The position numbers and the translations under genes are program-made. A stretch of DNA of 64,000 bases from an uncultured Oscillospiraceae bacterium (GTDB lineage Bacteria; Bacillota; Clostridia; Oscillospirales; Ruminococcaceae), in the NCBI GenBank assembly GCA_910589145.1, contig CAJUSD010000001.1, forward strand, positions 144,184-208,183, written 5' to 3'. Position 1 is the first letter of the stretch. The number at the start of each line of letters is the position of its first letter. Shown in pieces: positions 1 to 8,444 of the stretch. Under the pieces are notes generated by a model. It saw only the letters and a list, made by a program, of their open reading frames with translations. It made no database searches and was not told the origin of the DNA.

Positions 1-158
1 TTAATATGTTGATAGAAATATCCGCTGCATATATTCATAAAGATTACGGTCCAGGAAAAGAAGAAAGATTGGGGTTCCAGCTTCAGGCCTGCACCCAGAA
101 GGTTCCGTTTGGCAGAACCAAACTGGCGGCCAAGAAACTTTTGAGGAAAATTCTGTAG
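1..158 (+). CDS. 3' end of a CDS truncated by the window edge (product unknown)
   Basis: Frame is open from the window edge (codon phase of nt 3) to TAG 156-158, reading ...KDYGPGKEERLGFQLQACTQKVPFGRTKLAAKKLLRKIL*. A hairpin terminator follows at 235-273. Confidence 0.35.
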   Translation, partial: NMLIEISAAYIHKDYGPGKEERLGFQLQACTQKVPFGRTKLAAKKLLRKIL

Positions 159-234
159 ACCATCAAAACTCTTTAGTCCAATTTAGGCTGTACTTGTCTC
201 CGTTTATGTCCACAAATGATCTTTCACACCAGAT

Positions 235-273
235 AAAACCCCGCCTCCTGCTGAAACAGGAGACGGGGTTTTT
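235..273. terminator. Bidirectional intrinsic terminator between convergent genes
   Basis: aaaaccccgcctcctg-ctgaaa-caggagacggggttttt: GC-rich stem with an A-run on one side and a T-run on the other. It lies 7 nt from the yebC stop. Confidence 0.7.
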
Positions 274-279
274 AAACAA

Positions 280-1029
280 TTAATCATCGTCTTCATCATG
301 GGCAGGTTCATTCCAGTTATGCCAAACATTCTGTACATCATCATTATCGTCGAGCATTTCCAAAAGCCGTTCCATTTTCACCGTAAGCTCTTCATCGGTA
401 ATATCAGTCATAGTGGTAGGCAGATATTCCACTTCAGCGGATTCAAAACTGTATCCTTTCGCCTCTAACGCTTCACGGACGTTATGCAGTTCTGTGGGGT
501 CAGTGGTAATTTCAACTATATCTTCTTCAACAGTAAAATCTTCTGCACCTGCATCCATGCAGTCTTCCATAATTTTATCCTCATCCAGCCCTTCACCCGC
601 TATCACAATAACGCCTTTCCTTTCAAACAGGAAGGAAACACACCCGCTCTGTCCAAGGTTTCCGCCGCATTTGTCAAAGTAATGCCGTAAATCGCCAGCG
701 GTGCGGTTTCGGTTATCTGTCAGGGTTTCTACAATTACAGCCACACCGGAAGGCCCATACCCTTCGTAAAAGATATTTTCATAATTGTTTTTGTCCCCAT
801 CTCCCAGAGCTTTTTTAATGATGCGGTCAATATTATCATTGGGGACATTATTGGCCTTAGCTTTGGCAATACAATCCTTAAGCTTTGAATTCACATTGGG
901 GTCGCCGCTGCCGCCTTCCCGAACAGCAACTGCTATCTCGCGCCCGATTTTTGTAAAAATACGCGCTTTAGCCCCATCTGTTTTTTCCTTTTTCCGTTTA
1001 ATATTATTCCATTTTGAATGTCCTGACAT
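280..1029 (-). CDS. yebC: YebC/PmpR family DNA-binding/translation-associated protein
   Basis: 249 aa. The N-terminus MSGHSKWNNIKRKKEKTDGAKARIFTKIGREI is the family signature, and the length is typical. Confidence 0.9.
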   Translation of the reverse strand: MSGHSKWNNIKRKKEKTDGAKARIFTKIGREIAVAVREGGSGDPNVNSKLKDCIAKAKANNVPNDNIDRIIKKALGDGDKNNYENIFYEGYGPSGVAVIVETLTDNRNRTAGDLRHYFDKCGGNLGQSGCVSFLFERKGVIVIAGEGLDEDKIMEDCMDAGAEDFTVEEDIVEITTDPTELHNVREALEAKGYSFESAEVEYLPTTMTDITDEELTVKMERLLEMLDDNDDVQNVWHNWNEPAHDEDDD

Positions 1030-1254
1030 TGGAATCTCCCTTTCCTAATTTAAAAATGTAAGCTGTATCGTGTTCCGGCTCTGGGAATAGCCGGCAGAAT
1101 CTCAACTTCATTATTTTAGCATATCTTTTGATTCATGGCAATAGGCTTGACAGACCCATCACAAAAATCAATTTACAGAATCATTTCAAAAAAGAAGCAG
1201 AAAACCCCTAGCGCATGCACAAAGCCAAAACACTCACAAACCAAACCCGTATCA

Positions 1255-1420
1255 AAAGCTTTGGCCGCTTTCCCGAAAGTGGCGGGGTTCAGGGTTGCTA
1301 AACGTAGCTCTGCTGAACTGAACCCGCAAGGCGCGAAATCCCTTTTCCCCGCCTTCCCTGAAAACACCCCGGTGGGGTGTTTTCAATATCAGCCGCAAAA
1401 TTGATTTCCCCGCAGACCCA
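1255..1420. repeat. Partial, rearranged copy of the B-family intergenic repeat
   Basis: gctgaactgaacccgcaaggcgcgaaatccc (about 1306-1340) is the reverse complement of the B1 core at about 11513-11553. The tttccccgc motif is also shared with B1/B2 ends. Only pseudo-ORFs overlap. Confidence 0.5.
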
Positions 1421-1444
1421 TTTGTCCAGATTTTCATAGTTCAG

Positions 1445-2650
1445 TTACTGCACATTCAAAAATTTTACTGCTGATCCAACCAAAAGCGCCATACCGTTTT
1501 TCATCGCATTTTCATCCCAGTCAAACCTAGAATTATGATTGCTGTAAATTTCCCTGCCGTCATCATAGGAAGCCCCCACAATTGCAAATACACCTGGTAC
1601 TTTTTCCGCAAAGAAACTAAAGTCCTCTCCCCATGTTTCAGGACGCTGTACCATTCTGGCTGCATCCTCCCCCAGTTCTTCCCGGCAAACATCCAGCAGC
1701 AGATCAACCATATTATCATTATTGACAATCGACAGATATCCATCCTGATAGTCCAGTTTAGTAGTAACACCCATAGTTTTTTCTACGCCTTCCAAAAGGT
1801 TCTGAACACATTCTTTGACATGCTCCCGCATTTCCACCGAAAGGGTTCTGACACTGGCACGCATTTTTGTATATCCGCTGGTGACGTTTTCCACAGTGCC
1901 GCTGTTAAAAGTCCCCACCGAAATAACCGCTGTATCAAAGGGGTCAATCTGGCGGCTGACAATTGTTTGCAGCCCATCAACAATTTTGCATCCTGCCACC
2001 AACGCATCCACATTCAAATGAGGGCTTGAGCCGTGCCCAGCGCGTCCAAAAACTTCAATCTGCATAACGTCTGTTACGGTAGTCGTTACTCCCCTTTTGA
2101 CCAGAACCGTTCCTATAGGTCTCCCAGGACCGACCCAGAGATGCAGACCCATAATAGCGTCAACTTTTGGATGTTCCAAAGCACCATCTTCAATCATTGC
2201 CCTGGAACCGCCAGTAGGAGCGGGCTCCTCTGCAGGCTGAAAAATCATCTTTATGGTTCCAGAAAATTTATCCCGGTTCCGGCTTAATATTTTTGCTGCT
2301 CCCAATGCCATGGACATATGTCCATCATGGCCGCAGGCGTGCATAACGCCTGCATTTTGGGATGTAAAATCCAGACCGGTTTCCTCTGTCACAGGCAAGG
2401 CGTCCATATCTGCCCGCAATGCAAGGACTTTCTGGGGGCCGGGTTTTGCCCCATGAATCAGGGCAGTTACTCCATTGCCGCCTATATGCTCTTTCACATC
2501 TTCCAGCCCGAATTCCCGTAACAGTTCAGCGATCCGCGCTGCTGTACGGGTTTCCTGATACCCTAGTTCTGGATGGGCGTGAAAATCCCTCCGCCATTCC
2601 ACAGCCTCCGAAAACTGCGCTTCTATGCTTTGCTTGATCCATTCAGTCAT
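1445..2650 (-). CDS. M20D family amidohydrolase (N-acyl-amino-acid amidohydrolase-like)
   Basis: 401 aa. Has FHAHPELGYQE, MHACGHDGH and the typical M20D dimerisation insert. Confidence 0.85.
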   Translation of the reverse strand: MTEWIKQSIEAQFSEAVEWRRDFHAHPELGYQETRTAARIAELLREFGLEDVKEHIGGNGVTALIHGAKPGPQKVLALRADMDALPVTEETGLDFTSQNAGVMHACGHDGHMSMALGAAKILSRNRDKFSGTIKMIFQPAEEPAPTGGSRAMIEDGALEHPKVDAIMGLHLWVGPGRPIGTVLVKRGVTTTVTDVMQIEVFGRAGHGSSPHLNVDALVAGCKIVDGLQTIVSRQIDPFDTAVISVGTFNSGTVENVTSGYTKMRASVRTLSVEMREHVKECVQNLLEGVEKTMGVTTKLDYQDGYLSIVNNDNMVDLLLDVCREELGEDAARMVQRPETWGEDFSFFAEKVPGVFAIVGASYDDGREIYSNHNSRFDWDENAMKNGMALLVGSAVKFLNVQ

Positions 2651-2681
2651 AAAGTCCCCTCCCTGCAGCCAGCAGCCGGCT

Positions 2682-3149
2682 TCACATATGAGCGTCGTAA
2701 TCCATCATCGGAACAGTCCAGTATTTCAGGACCTCTTTCATATCAGCAGCAATCTTTTTTGCACCTTCCAAATTGTGCTCCAGATAATTTCCACACTCTT
2801 TGCTGGATTCTGTCCCTGGAATAATCCCTTCAAATTCTAAAATAAAGTCAATTGTATCCCGGAATAAATCAAGGGCTGCTTGATGGGGCAGGTCTCTGGT
2901 TAGAAAATAAAAACCTGTCCTGCACCCCATAGGCCCGACATAGACAACCTGGTCCGTATATTTGCTGTTGCGGGCATATGTAGCAAAAAGATGTTCAAAC
3001 GCATGAATAGATGGTGTATCCAAATAAACACCGCAATTGGGGACAACCATACGGATATCATAGGTAATAATATCCCTGTCTATCCTGGAAATGTACATTC
3101 CCTTTTTAAGTTTGTCATGGTCAACACAAAAACTTGCGATTTTCTCCAT
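2682..3149 (-). CDS. luxS: S-ribosylhomocysteine lyase
   Basis: 155 aa. Has the HAFEH metal motif, PMGCRTGFY, and ECGN...H.LEGAK at the C-terminus. Confidence 0.9.
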   Translation of the reverse strand: MEKIASFCVDHDKLKKGMYISRIDRDIITYDIRMVVPNCGVYLDTPSIHAFEHLFATYARNSKYTDQVVYVGPMGCRTGFYFLTRDLPHQAALDLFRDTIDFILEFEGIIPGTESSKECGNYLEHNLEGAKKIAADMKEVLKYWTVPMMDYDAHM

Positions 3150-3206
3150 TGTTTACAGTCCTTTCCTGGTCAAGTATAAAATAAAGAAAACATGATATAA
3201 AAGTAT

Positions 3207-3367
3207 GAACCTGTATTCATAACCGAGGGATGCCGGATGGACGAGGATTTTTCCCGTCAGACAAGGAGATTTTCCGCAGCCATACTGACGTATGGCAAGG
3301 GAAACCGACGCAGTATGGCGGGAAAAAGACCAGCCAGACGGTGTGCAGCGGTTGTGAATACAGGTTC
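3207..3367. repeat. A-family 161-bp terminal-inverted-repeat hairpin element (copy A1)
   Basis: TIRs are gaacctgtattcataacc and ggttgtgaatacaggttc. Nested internal inverted repeats are present. 158/161 identical to 40258-40418. No ORF. Confidence 0.85.
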
Positions 3368-3545
3368 ATGATAACACTCTAACAATTCATCTGTCAACGA
3401 TTCCTTTTCTTGAATAAAATGAATGTCAATTGCAGAGACAAAAATCTATGTTTCCGAATCAAAAATACATATAACAAAAAATTTCACATCTGTTATAATG
3501 AAACTATTAGCCCACCATACAAAAATGTAGACAGGAGTTGGCAAA

Positions 3546-5516
3546 ATGGAAGAAAAAAGATTCACTGGAGCGTGTCCAGCCAATCTGAAGGCGGTAAAAA
3601 TTACCGGCGATTTCTGGTCCCGGTTTCAGGAATTGGTTCGTACCCAGGTAATACCCTACCAATGGGAAGCATTAAACGACCGAATTGAGGGAGCAGCTCC
3701 CAGCTATTGTATGGAAAACTTCAAAATAGCATCCGGCCAAAAGGCAGGAGATTTCGGCGGATGTGTATTTCAGGACAGCGATTTTGCCAAGTGGATTGAA
3801 GCAGTGGGTTATTCCCTGAGCATTCACCCGGACGCGGAATTGGAAAAAACGGCGGATGAAGCCATTGACCTGGTATGTTCGGCCCAGCAGCCGGATGGAT
3901 ATTTAGATACCTATTATATTATAAACGGGCTTCAGGAGCGTTTCACCAATCTAGCCCACAATCACGAGCTTTACTGCCTTGGGCATATGATTGAAGGCGC
4001 AGTTGCCTATTACCAGGCAACTGGTAAAGACAAGCTGTTAAATGCAGTCCGCCGTTATGCAGACTTGGTAAATAATACATTTGGTACAGGCCAAGGAAAA
4101 ATTCCTGGCTATCCGGGCCATGAAATCATAGAGATGGCGCTGGTAAGGCTGTATGATATTACAGGAGAAGAAAAATATATAAAACTGGCAAAATACTTTA
4201 TTGACCAGCGGGGGCAGGAGCCAAACTACTTTAGGCAGGAAATCCAATCCAGCGGCAAACCTTGGGGATGGGCAAAGAGTCCCTTTGGACTGCAATACTA
4301 CCAGGCGGGAAAGCCTGTCCGGGAGCAGACTGCCGCAGAAGGCCATGCAGTGCGTGCAGTCTATTTGTACAGCGGTATGGCAGATGTAGCGCGTAAAACC
4401 AACGATCAGAGCCTTTGGAACGCCTGTAAAACCCTCTGGAATAATATTGTACAAAAACGGATGTATATAACAGGTTCCATTGGTTCCACACATTACGGAG
4501 AATCCTTTACCTTTGACTACGATCTGCCTAATGATTCCGTTTATGGGGAAACTTGCGCGGCGATTGGACTGGTATTTTTTGCCCGCCGGATGTTAGAGAT
4601 GGAAGTAAAAGGCGAATATGCAGACGTTATGGAGCAGGCTCTTTACAATGGGGTTATCAGCGGCATGTCCCTGGACGGGAAAAGCTTTTTCTATGTAAAC
4701 CCTCTGGAAGTGATACCGGAAGCCAGTGAAAAAGACCATGATCGTTCCCATGTTAAAGTGCAGCGTCAAAAATGGTTTGGCTGTGCCTGCTGCCCTCCTA
4801 ACTTGGCGCGGCTGGTTTCTTCCCTGGGTACATATATGTATGGAACAGGTTCGCTTGAGGGACGGGACGTGCTTTACCATCACCTTTTTGCCACTGGCCA
4901 GGCTGATTTTGTACTGGATGGAAAATCCATTGAAATCCAGACAGAAACCCGTTATCCCTGGGATGGAACCTTGAAAACTGCTTTTACCATTCCCAACGGG
5001 GAGGCTGCCTTTGCCTATAGTGTGCGTATTCCCGGATGGTGCGAACATTACTCCTTGACAATGAATGGCGCCTCTGCTGAATACCAGTTGAAAGATGGCT
5101 ATGCAGTTTTAAACCGTACCTTCCAGGATGGGGATGTTGTTGTATTACAGATGGAAATGACTGCCCGCCTGATTTCCGCAAGCCCAGAGGTTCGGGATGA
5201 TTTCGGGAAAGTGTGCGTTTGCCGGGGGCCGGTTGTGTACTGTCTGGAACAGGAGGACAACGGCAATAAACTGCACAAAGTACGGCTGTCGGGCAATGTC
5301 TCTTTCCGTGAAAATTGGGAAGATATGCTGGATGGCATTGTTGCTCTGGAATGTGAGGGGGCTTCGGTTGGCGAGGCAGAACAAACGGATGGAAAACTCT
5401 ACCGACGGTATACTCCCCCTGTGTACCGTCCTAAAGCCCTGAGATGGATTCCCTATTATGCCTGGGCAAACCGTTCCGCTGGGGAAATGGCTGTCTGGGT
5501 ACGGATACAGGACTAA
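3546..5516 (+). CDS. Glycoside hydrolase family 127 (beta-L-arabinofuranosidase, DUF1680)
   Basis: 656 aa. Has the WFGCACCPPNLARL cysteine cluster characteristic of HypBA1-type GH127. RBS is aggag upstream of ATG 3546. Confidence 0.85.
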   Translation: MEEKRFTGACPANLKAVKITGDFWSRFQELVRTQVIPYQWEALNDRIEGAAPSYCMENFKIASGQKAGDFGGCVFQDSDFAKWIEAVGYSLSIHPDAELEKTADEAIDLVCSAQQPDGYLDTYYIINGLQERFTNLAHNHELYCLGHMIEGAVAYYQATGKDKLLNAVRRYADLVNNTFGTGQGKIPGYPGHEIIEMALVRLYDITGEEKYIKLAKYFIDQRGQEPNYFRQEIQSSGKPWGWAKSPFGLQYYQAGKPVREQTAAEGHAVRAVYLYSGMADVARKTNDQSLWNACKTLWNNIVQKRMYITGSIGSTHYGESFTFDYDLPNDSVYGETCAAIGLVFFARRMLEMEVKGEYADVMEQALYNGVISGMSLDGKSFFYVNPLEVIPEASEKDHDRSHVKVQRQKWFGCACCPPNLARLVSSLGTYMYGTGSLEGRDVLYHHLFATGQADFVLDGKSIEIQTETRYPWDGTLKTAFTIPNGEAAFAYSVRIPGWCEHYSLTMNGASAEYQLKDGYAVLNRTFQDGDVVVLQMEMTARLISASPEVRDDFGKVCVCRGPVVYCLEQEDNGNKLHKVRLSGNVSFRENWEDMLDGIVALECEGASVGEAEQTDGKLYRRYTPPVYRPKALRWIPYYAWANRSAGEMAVWVRIQD

Positions 5517-5600
5517 GAACCTGTATTCACAACCGTTAAACGCAATATGACAAGAAAACTCCTCTCCCTTCCACTGTCCCCTGGCTATGAATACAGATTC
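5517..5600. repeat. A-family short derivative (copy A3, 84 bp)
   Basis: Starts the nucleotide after the GH127 stop. Ends are gaacctgtattcacaacc and ggctatgaatacagattc, with a different and shorter interior. Confidence 0.65.
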
Positions 5601-5628
5601 TAAAAATCTCCGTCAATCGGCAACATAG

Positions 5629-5667
5629 AAAAACACCGCTTCCGGTAAAAGGGAGCGGTGTTTTTCT
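5629..5667 (+). terminator. Intrinsic terminator downstream of GH127
   Basis: aaaaacaccgcttcc-ggtaaaa-gggagcggtgtttttctg. Confidence 0.7.
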
Positions 5668-5669
5668 GT

Positions 5670-5698
5670 TTGACAATTCTTTTTGTATACTGTATAAT
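5670..5698 (+). promoter_or_regulatory. Sigma-70-type promoter of the tetR-DUF4180 operon
   Basis: TTGACA (5670-5675), 17-nt spacer, TATAAT (5693-5698). Confidence 0.6.
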
Positions 5699-5700
5699 CT

Positions 5701-5730
5701 ATATGACTTGAAAAACGTTTATAGTCATAT
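5701..5730. promoter_or_regulatory. Inverted repeat, probable TetR operator
   Basis: atatgact (5701-5708) and agtcatat (5723-5730) with a 14-nt spacer, lying between the -10 box and the RBS. Confidence 0.45.
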
Positions 5731-5746
5731 GAAAAGGAGAAAACGG

Positions 5747-6325
5747 ATGGCAAGAAGTTTTACGGAACGTGAAAAGGAAAACATCAAAAACAAATTACAG
5801 GAAGCCTGTAAACAGAGTTGGACGCAATACGGTTATAAAAAAACAAGTGTGGATGAACTATGCAGGCAGACAGGTATTTCAAAGGGAGCTTTTTATCTTT
5901 TCTTTGAATCAAAGGAAGCTCTTTTTTGTGAAGTTTTATGTTCCGTCCAGAGGCAAGTCTGCGATACAGCGTCCAAAATCATGGAAAAGGAAAAAAATAA
6001 ATACGGCGTTGCAGAAGCTTTAAAATTTATTTATCGGGAATATGATAAGAATAACTTTTTATACAATACCAACAAAACAGATTTCACAATTTTAATGAAC
6101 AGATTGTCTGTAGAGCAGGCAAAAAAGCTGGAAGAGTCTAATCATATAAGCCAACAACTTTTTTTAAGCCAGCCATATTTAAAATTTAAGGTTCACGGGG
6201 ATTTGGCTGTATCTATTATTTATTCTTTAATTATGAATATTAAAAACAAAGATGTTCTACCATACAGCCATATAGAAACCTTTGATTTTATGGTTGACCG
6301 TTTGATTGACAGCTTATATGAATAA
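5747..6325 (+). CDS. TetR/AcrR family transcriptional regulator
   Basis: The HTH region is TSVDELCRQTGISKGAFYLFFESKEALF. I prefer ATG 5747 (RBS aaaggaga 6 nt upstream) over the ORF-track TTG 5708. Confidence 0.85.
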   Translation: MARSFTEREKENIKNKLQEACKQSWTQYGYKKTSVDELCRQTGISKGAFYLFFESKEALFCEVLCSVQRQVCDTASKIMEKEKNKYGVAEALKFIYREYDKNNFLYNTNKTDFTILMNRLSVEQAKKLEESNHISQQLFLSQPYLKFKVHGDLAVSIIYSLIMNIKNKDVLPYSHIETFDFMVDRLIDSLYE

Positions 6326-6338
6326 CAGGAGGTAAAAA

Positions 6339-6716
6339 ATGAAAACAGAAGTAATAAGGAAAAATAATATTGAGGTTGCTGTTATAAACAGTGATAAGGT
6401 GCTGATAAAAGATGTTCCATCCGCTTTGGACTTAATTATGACAGTAAAATATGAAACCGGCTGCACAAATATCGCCATAAATAAAGAAGCCATTGTAAAT
6501 GATTTTTTTGTTTTAAGCACCTGCCTTGCAGGAGAGATATTGCAGAAATTTATTAATTATGGCATAGGGCTTGCAATATATGGGGATTTTTCAAAATATA
6601 CAAGTAAGCCTTTGAAAGATTTTATGTATGAAAGCAATAAGGGGAAGGATATTTATTTTCAGCCCAATGTTTCGCTTGCCGTTGAAAAACTTTTGGGAGG
6701 TTTTGCGCCGAATTGA
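6339..6716 (+). CDS. DUF4180 domain protein
   Basis: 125 aa. The pattern ...DFFVLSTCLAGEILQKFINYGIGLAIYGDFSKYTSKPLKDFMYESNKG matches my recollection of DUF4180. RBS is aggagg. Confidence 0.6.
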   Translation: MKTEVIRKNNIEVAVINSDKVLIKDVPSALDLIMTVKYETGCTNIAINKEAIVNDFFVLSTCLAGEILQKFINYGIGLAIYGDFSKYTSKPLKDFMYESNKGKDIYFQPNVSLAVEKLLGGFAPN

Positions 6717-6852
6717 GTCGAACACTCCAGCATAAACAGTTCTCCCCTAAGGCTGTGCTTCCACACTTTCCTTTTCTAAAATATGAAAAGAACGCTGGCT
6801 TTTCCTGGAAAGCTGTGATAGAATGGGGAAAACATAGAAATGGAGGATTGCC

Positions 6853-8343
6853 ATGTCAAACGAATTGCTGTATGTCACACCAGAGCAGGCCGGAATTTCC
6901 ACCCATGCAATACAAAGGTTTCTGGATCGGGTAGAACAGAAGGGAATTGAATTGCACAGCTTTATGCTGCTGCGCCATGGAAAGGTGTGCGCGCAGGGAT
7001 GGTGGAAGCCCTATAAAGCAGAATATGTGCATCCTATGTATTCCTTCAGTAAAAGTTTAACCTCCACAGCCATTGGGTTTGCTGTACAAGAGGGGCTGAT
7101 AGCGCTGGAGGATCGGCTGGCAGACATCTTTCCAGATAAGCTGCCAGAAAAACCTTCTGAAAACTTGAAAAGGGCCACGGTGAAAGACCTTCTGATGATG
7201 GGTGGCGGGCATAAGACCGAGCCCAATAGCGGAGAAGACTGGATACGGGATTTCCTGGCACATCCATTTGTCTATGAACCGGGGACGATGTTCCAGTATA
7301 ACACCGAAGGTACAAATATGCTTTGCGCTGCACTTTACCGCCGGAGCGGGCAGCAGCTCACTGCTTTTTTACGGGAGAGGCTTTTTGACAAAATCGGCGT
7401 AGGCGAGGTATCCTGTGCAGTTACCCGGGACGGCACTGAAATAGGCGGCGCAGGGTATCGTCTGCGTACAGAGGATATGGCCCGATTTATGCAGTTTGTT
7501 CTGCAAAACGGCGTATGGAACGGGAAACGGCTTCTGTCTGAGGCATGGTTTGACCAGGCTACAGAGAAGCAGATCGAGACAGCCAACGACATCTATTCCG
7601 GCAAGGGAGACTGGGCTGTGGGCTATGGATTCCAGTTTTGGCGCTGCAAGCCAGAAGGGGTTTACCGGGCAGATGGATTATGGGGGCAATTTGGAATTGT
7701 CATGCCAAAGCAGGATGCTCTGCTCGTCATCACCGAGGCTACAGGACACACCCAGGACACATTGGATGCTGTATGGGATACGCTGGTTCCCTCTTTCCAA
7801 GACCGGGCGCTTCCAGAAGATGCAGAGGCGCAGGCAGCATTGGGATACCGGTTGAAGAACCTAACCCTGGCTGCTCTGCCAGCCGGTAAGCTGAACCCTT
7901 GGAATATAGCAAAGCGGTTTGAAAAGACCTATGAACCCGCTGGAGAGGAAGACTCCTGTTTTTATCTGGATATGGTCTGTTCCTTCCTTGGCTTTGGCGG
8001 GAAACAGGCAAAACTGGATGGGCTTTCGTTTACCTTTGAAGAGAATGAGGCCACATTGCACCTGACAGAGAAGGGAGAGAACAGAGAGGTTACAATCGGT
8101 TTGGACGGCAGTTATGCCTATAGCAGTTATCGGGGAGAACCGGTTGCAGCCATGGGGCGATTCCGCACCCACTATATATTTGAGGCAGAGATACGTTGTA
8201 CACAGACAGCATTTGGAATGAGGCTGCTTTTCCAATTTGGAAATGGGACACTGACAATCAGCCGCTGTAAAACTCTGCTGGGTTATGGAGATGAACCTGC
8301 TGCGCCTGATCTGGTGTTAAAGGAAAAAGCGATGCAGGTTTGA
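6853..8343 (+). CDS. Serine hydrolase, beta-lactamase/PBP4-like fold, with extra C-terminal domain
   Basis: 496 aa. Has the SFSKS (SxxK) nucleophile motif near the N-terminus and a class-C-like core of about 330 aa plus a tail of about 150 aa. Confidence 0.75.
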   Translation: MSNELLYVTPEQAGISTHAIQRFLDRVEQKGIELHSFMLLRHGKVCAQGWWKPYKAEYVHPMYSFSKSLTSTAIGFAVQEGLIALEDRLADIFPDKLPEKPSENLKRATVKDLLMMGGGHKTEPNSGEDWIRDFLAHPFVYEPGTMFQYNTEGTNMLCAALYRRSGQQLTAFLRERLFDKIGVGEVSCAVTRDGTEIGGAGYRLRTEDMARFMQFVLQNGVWNGKRLLSEAWFDQATEKQIETANDIYSGKGDWAVGYGFQFWRCKPEGVYRADGLWGQFGIVMPKQDALLVITEATGHTQDTLDAVWDTLVPSFQDRALPEDAEAQAALGYRLKNLTLAALPAGKLNPWNIAKRFEKTYEPAGEEDSCFYLDMVCSFLGFGGKQAKLDGLSFTFEENEATLHLTEKGENREVTIGLDGSYAYSSYRGEPVAAMGRFRTHYIFEAEIRCTQTAFGMRLLFQFGNGTLTISRCKTLLGYGDEPAAPDLVLKEKAMQV

Positions 8344-8388
8344 TATATACTGAGGCTGAACATTTTATAGAAATAATAAGTTTGAGGA

Positions 8389-8440
8389 CAAAAAAGCGGC
8401 GTTTCCCTTTCCATATTGGGAAAGAGAAACGCCGTATCCA
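8389..8440. terminator. Bidirectional terminator between convergent genes
   Basis: aaaaaagcggcgtttccctttcc-atatt-gggaaagagaaacgccg. Confidence 0.6.
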
Positions 8441-8444
8441 TATT

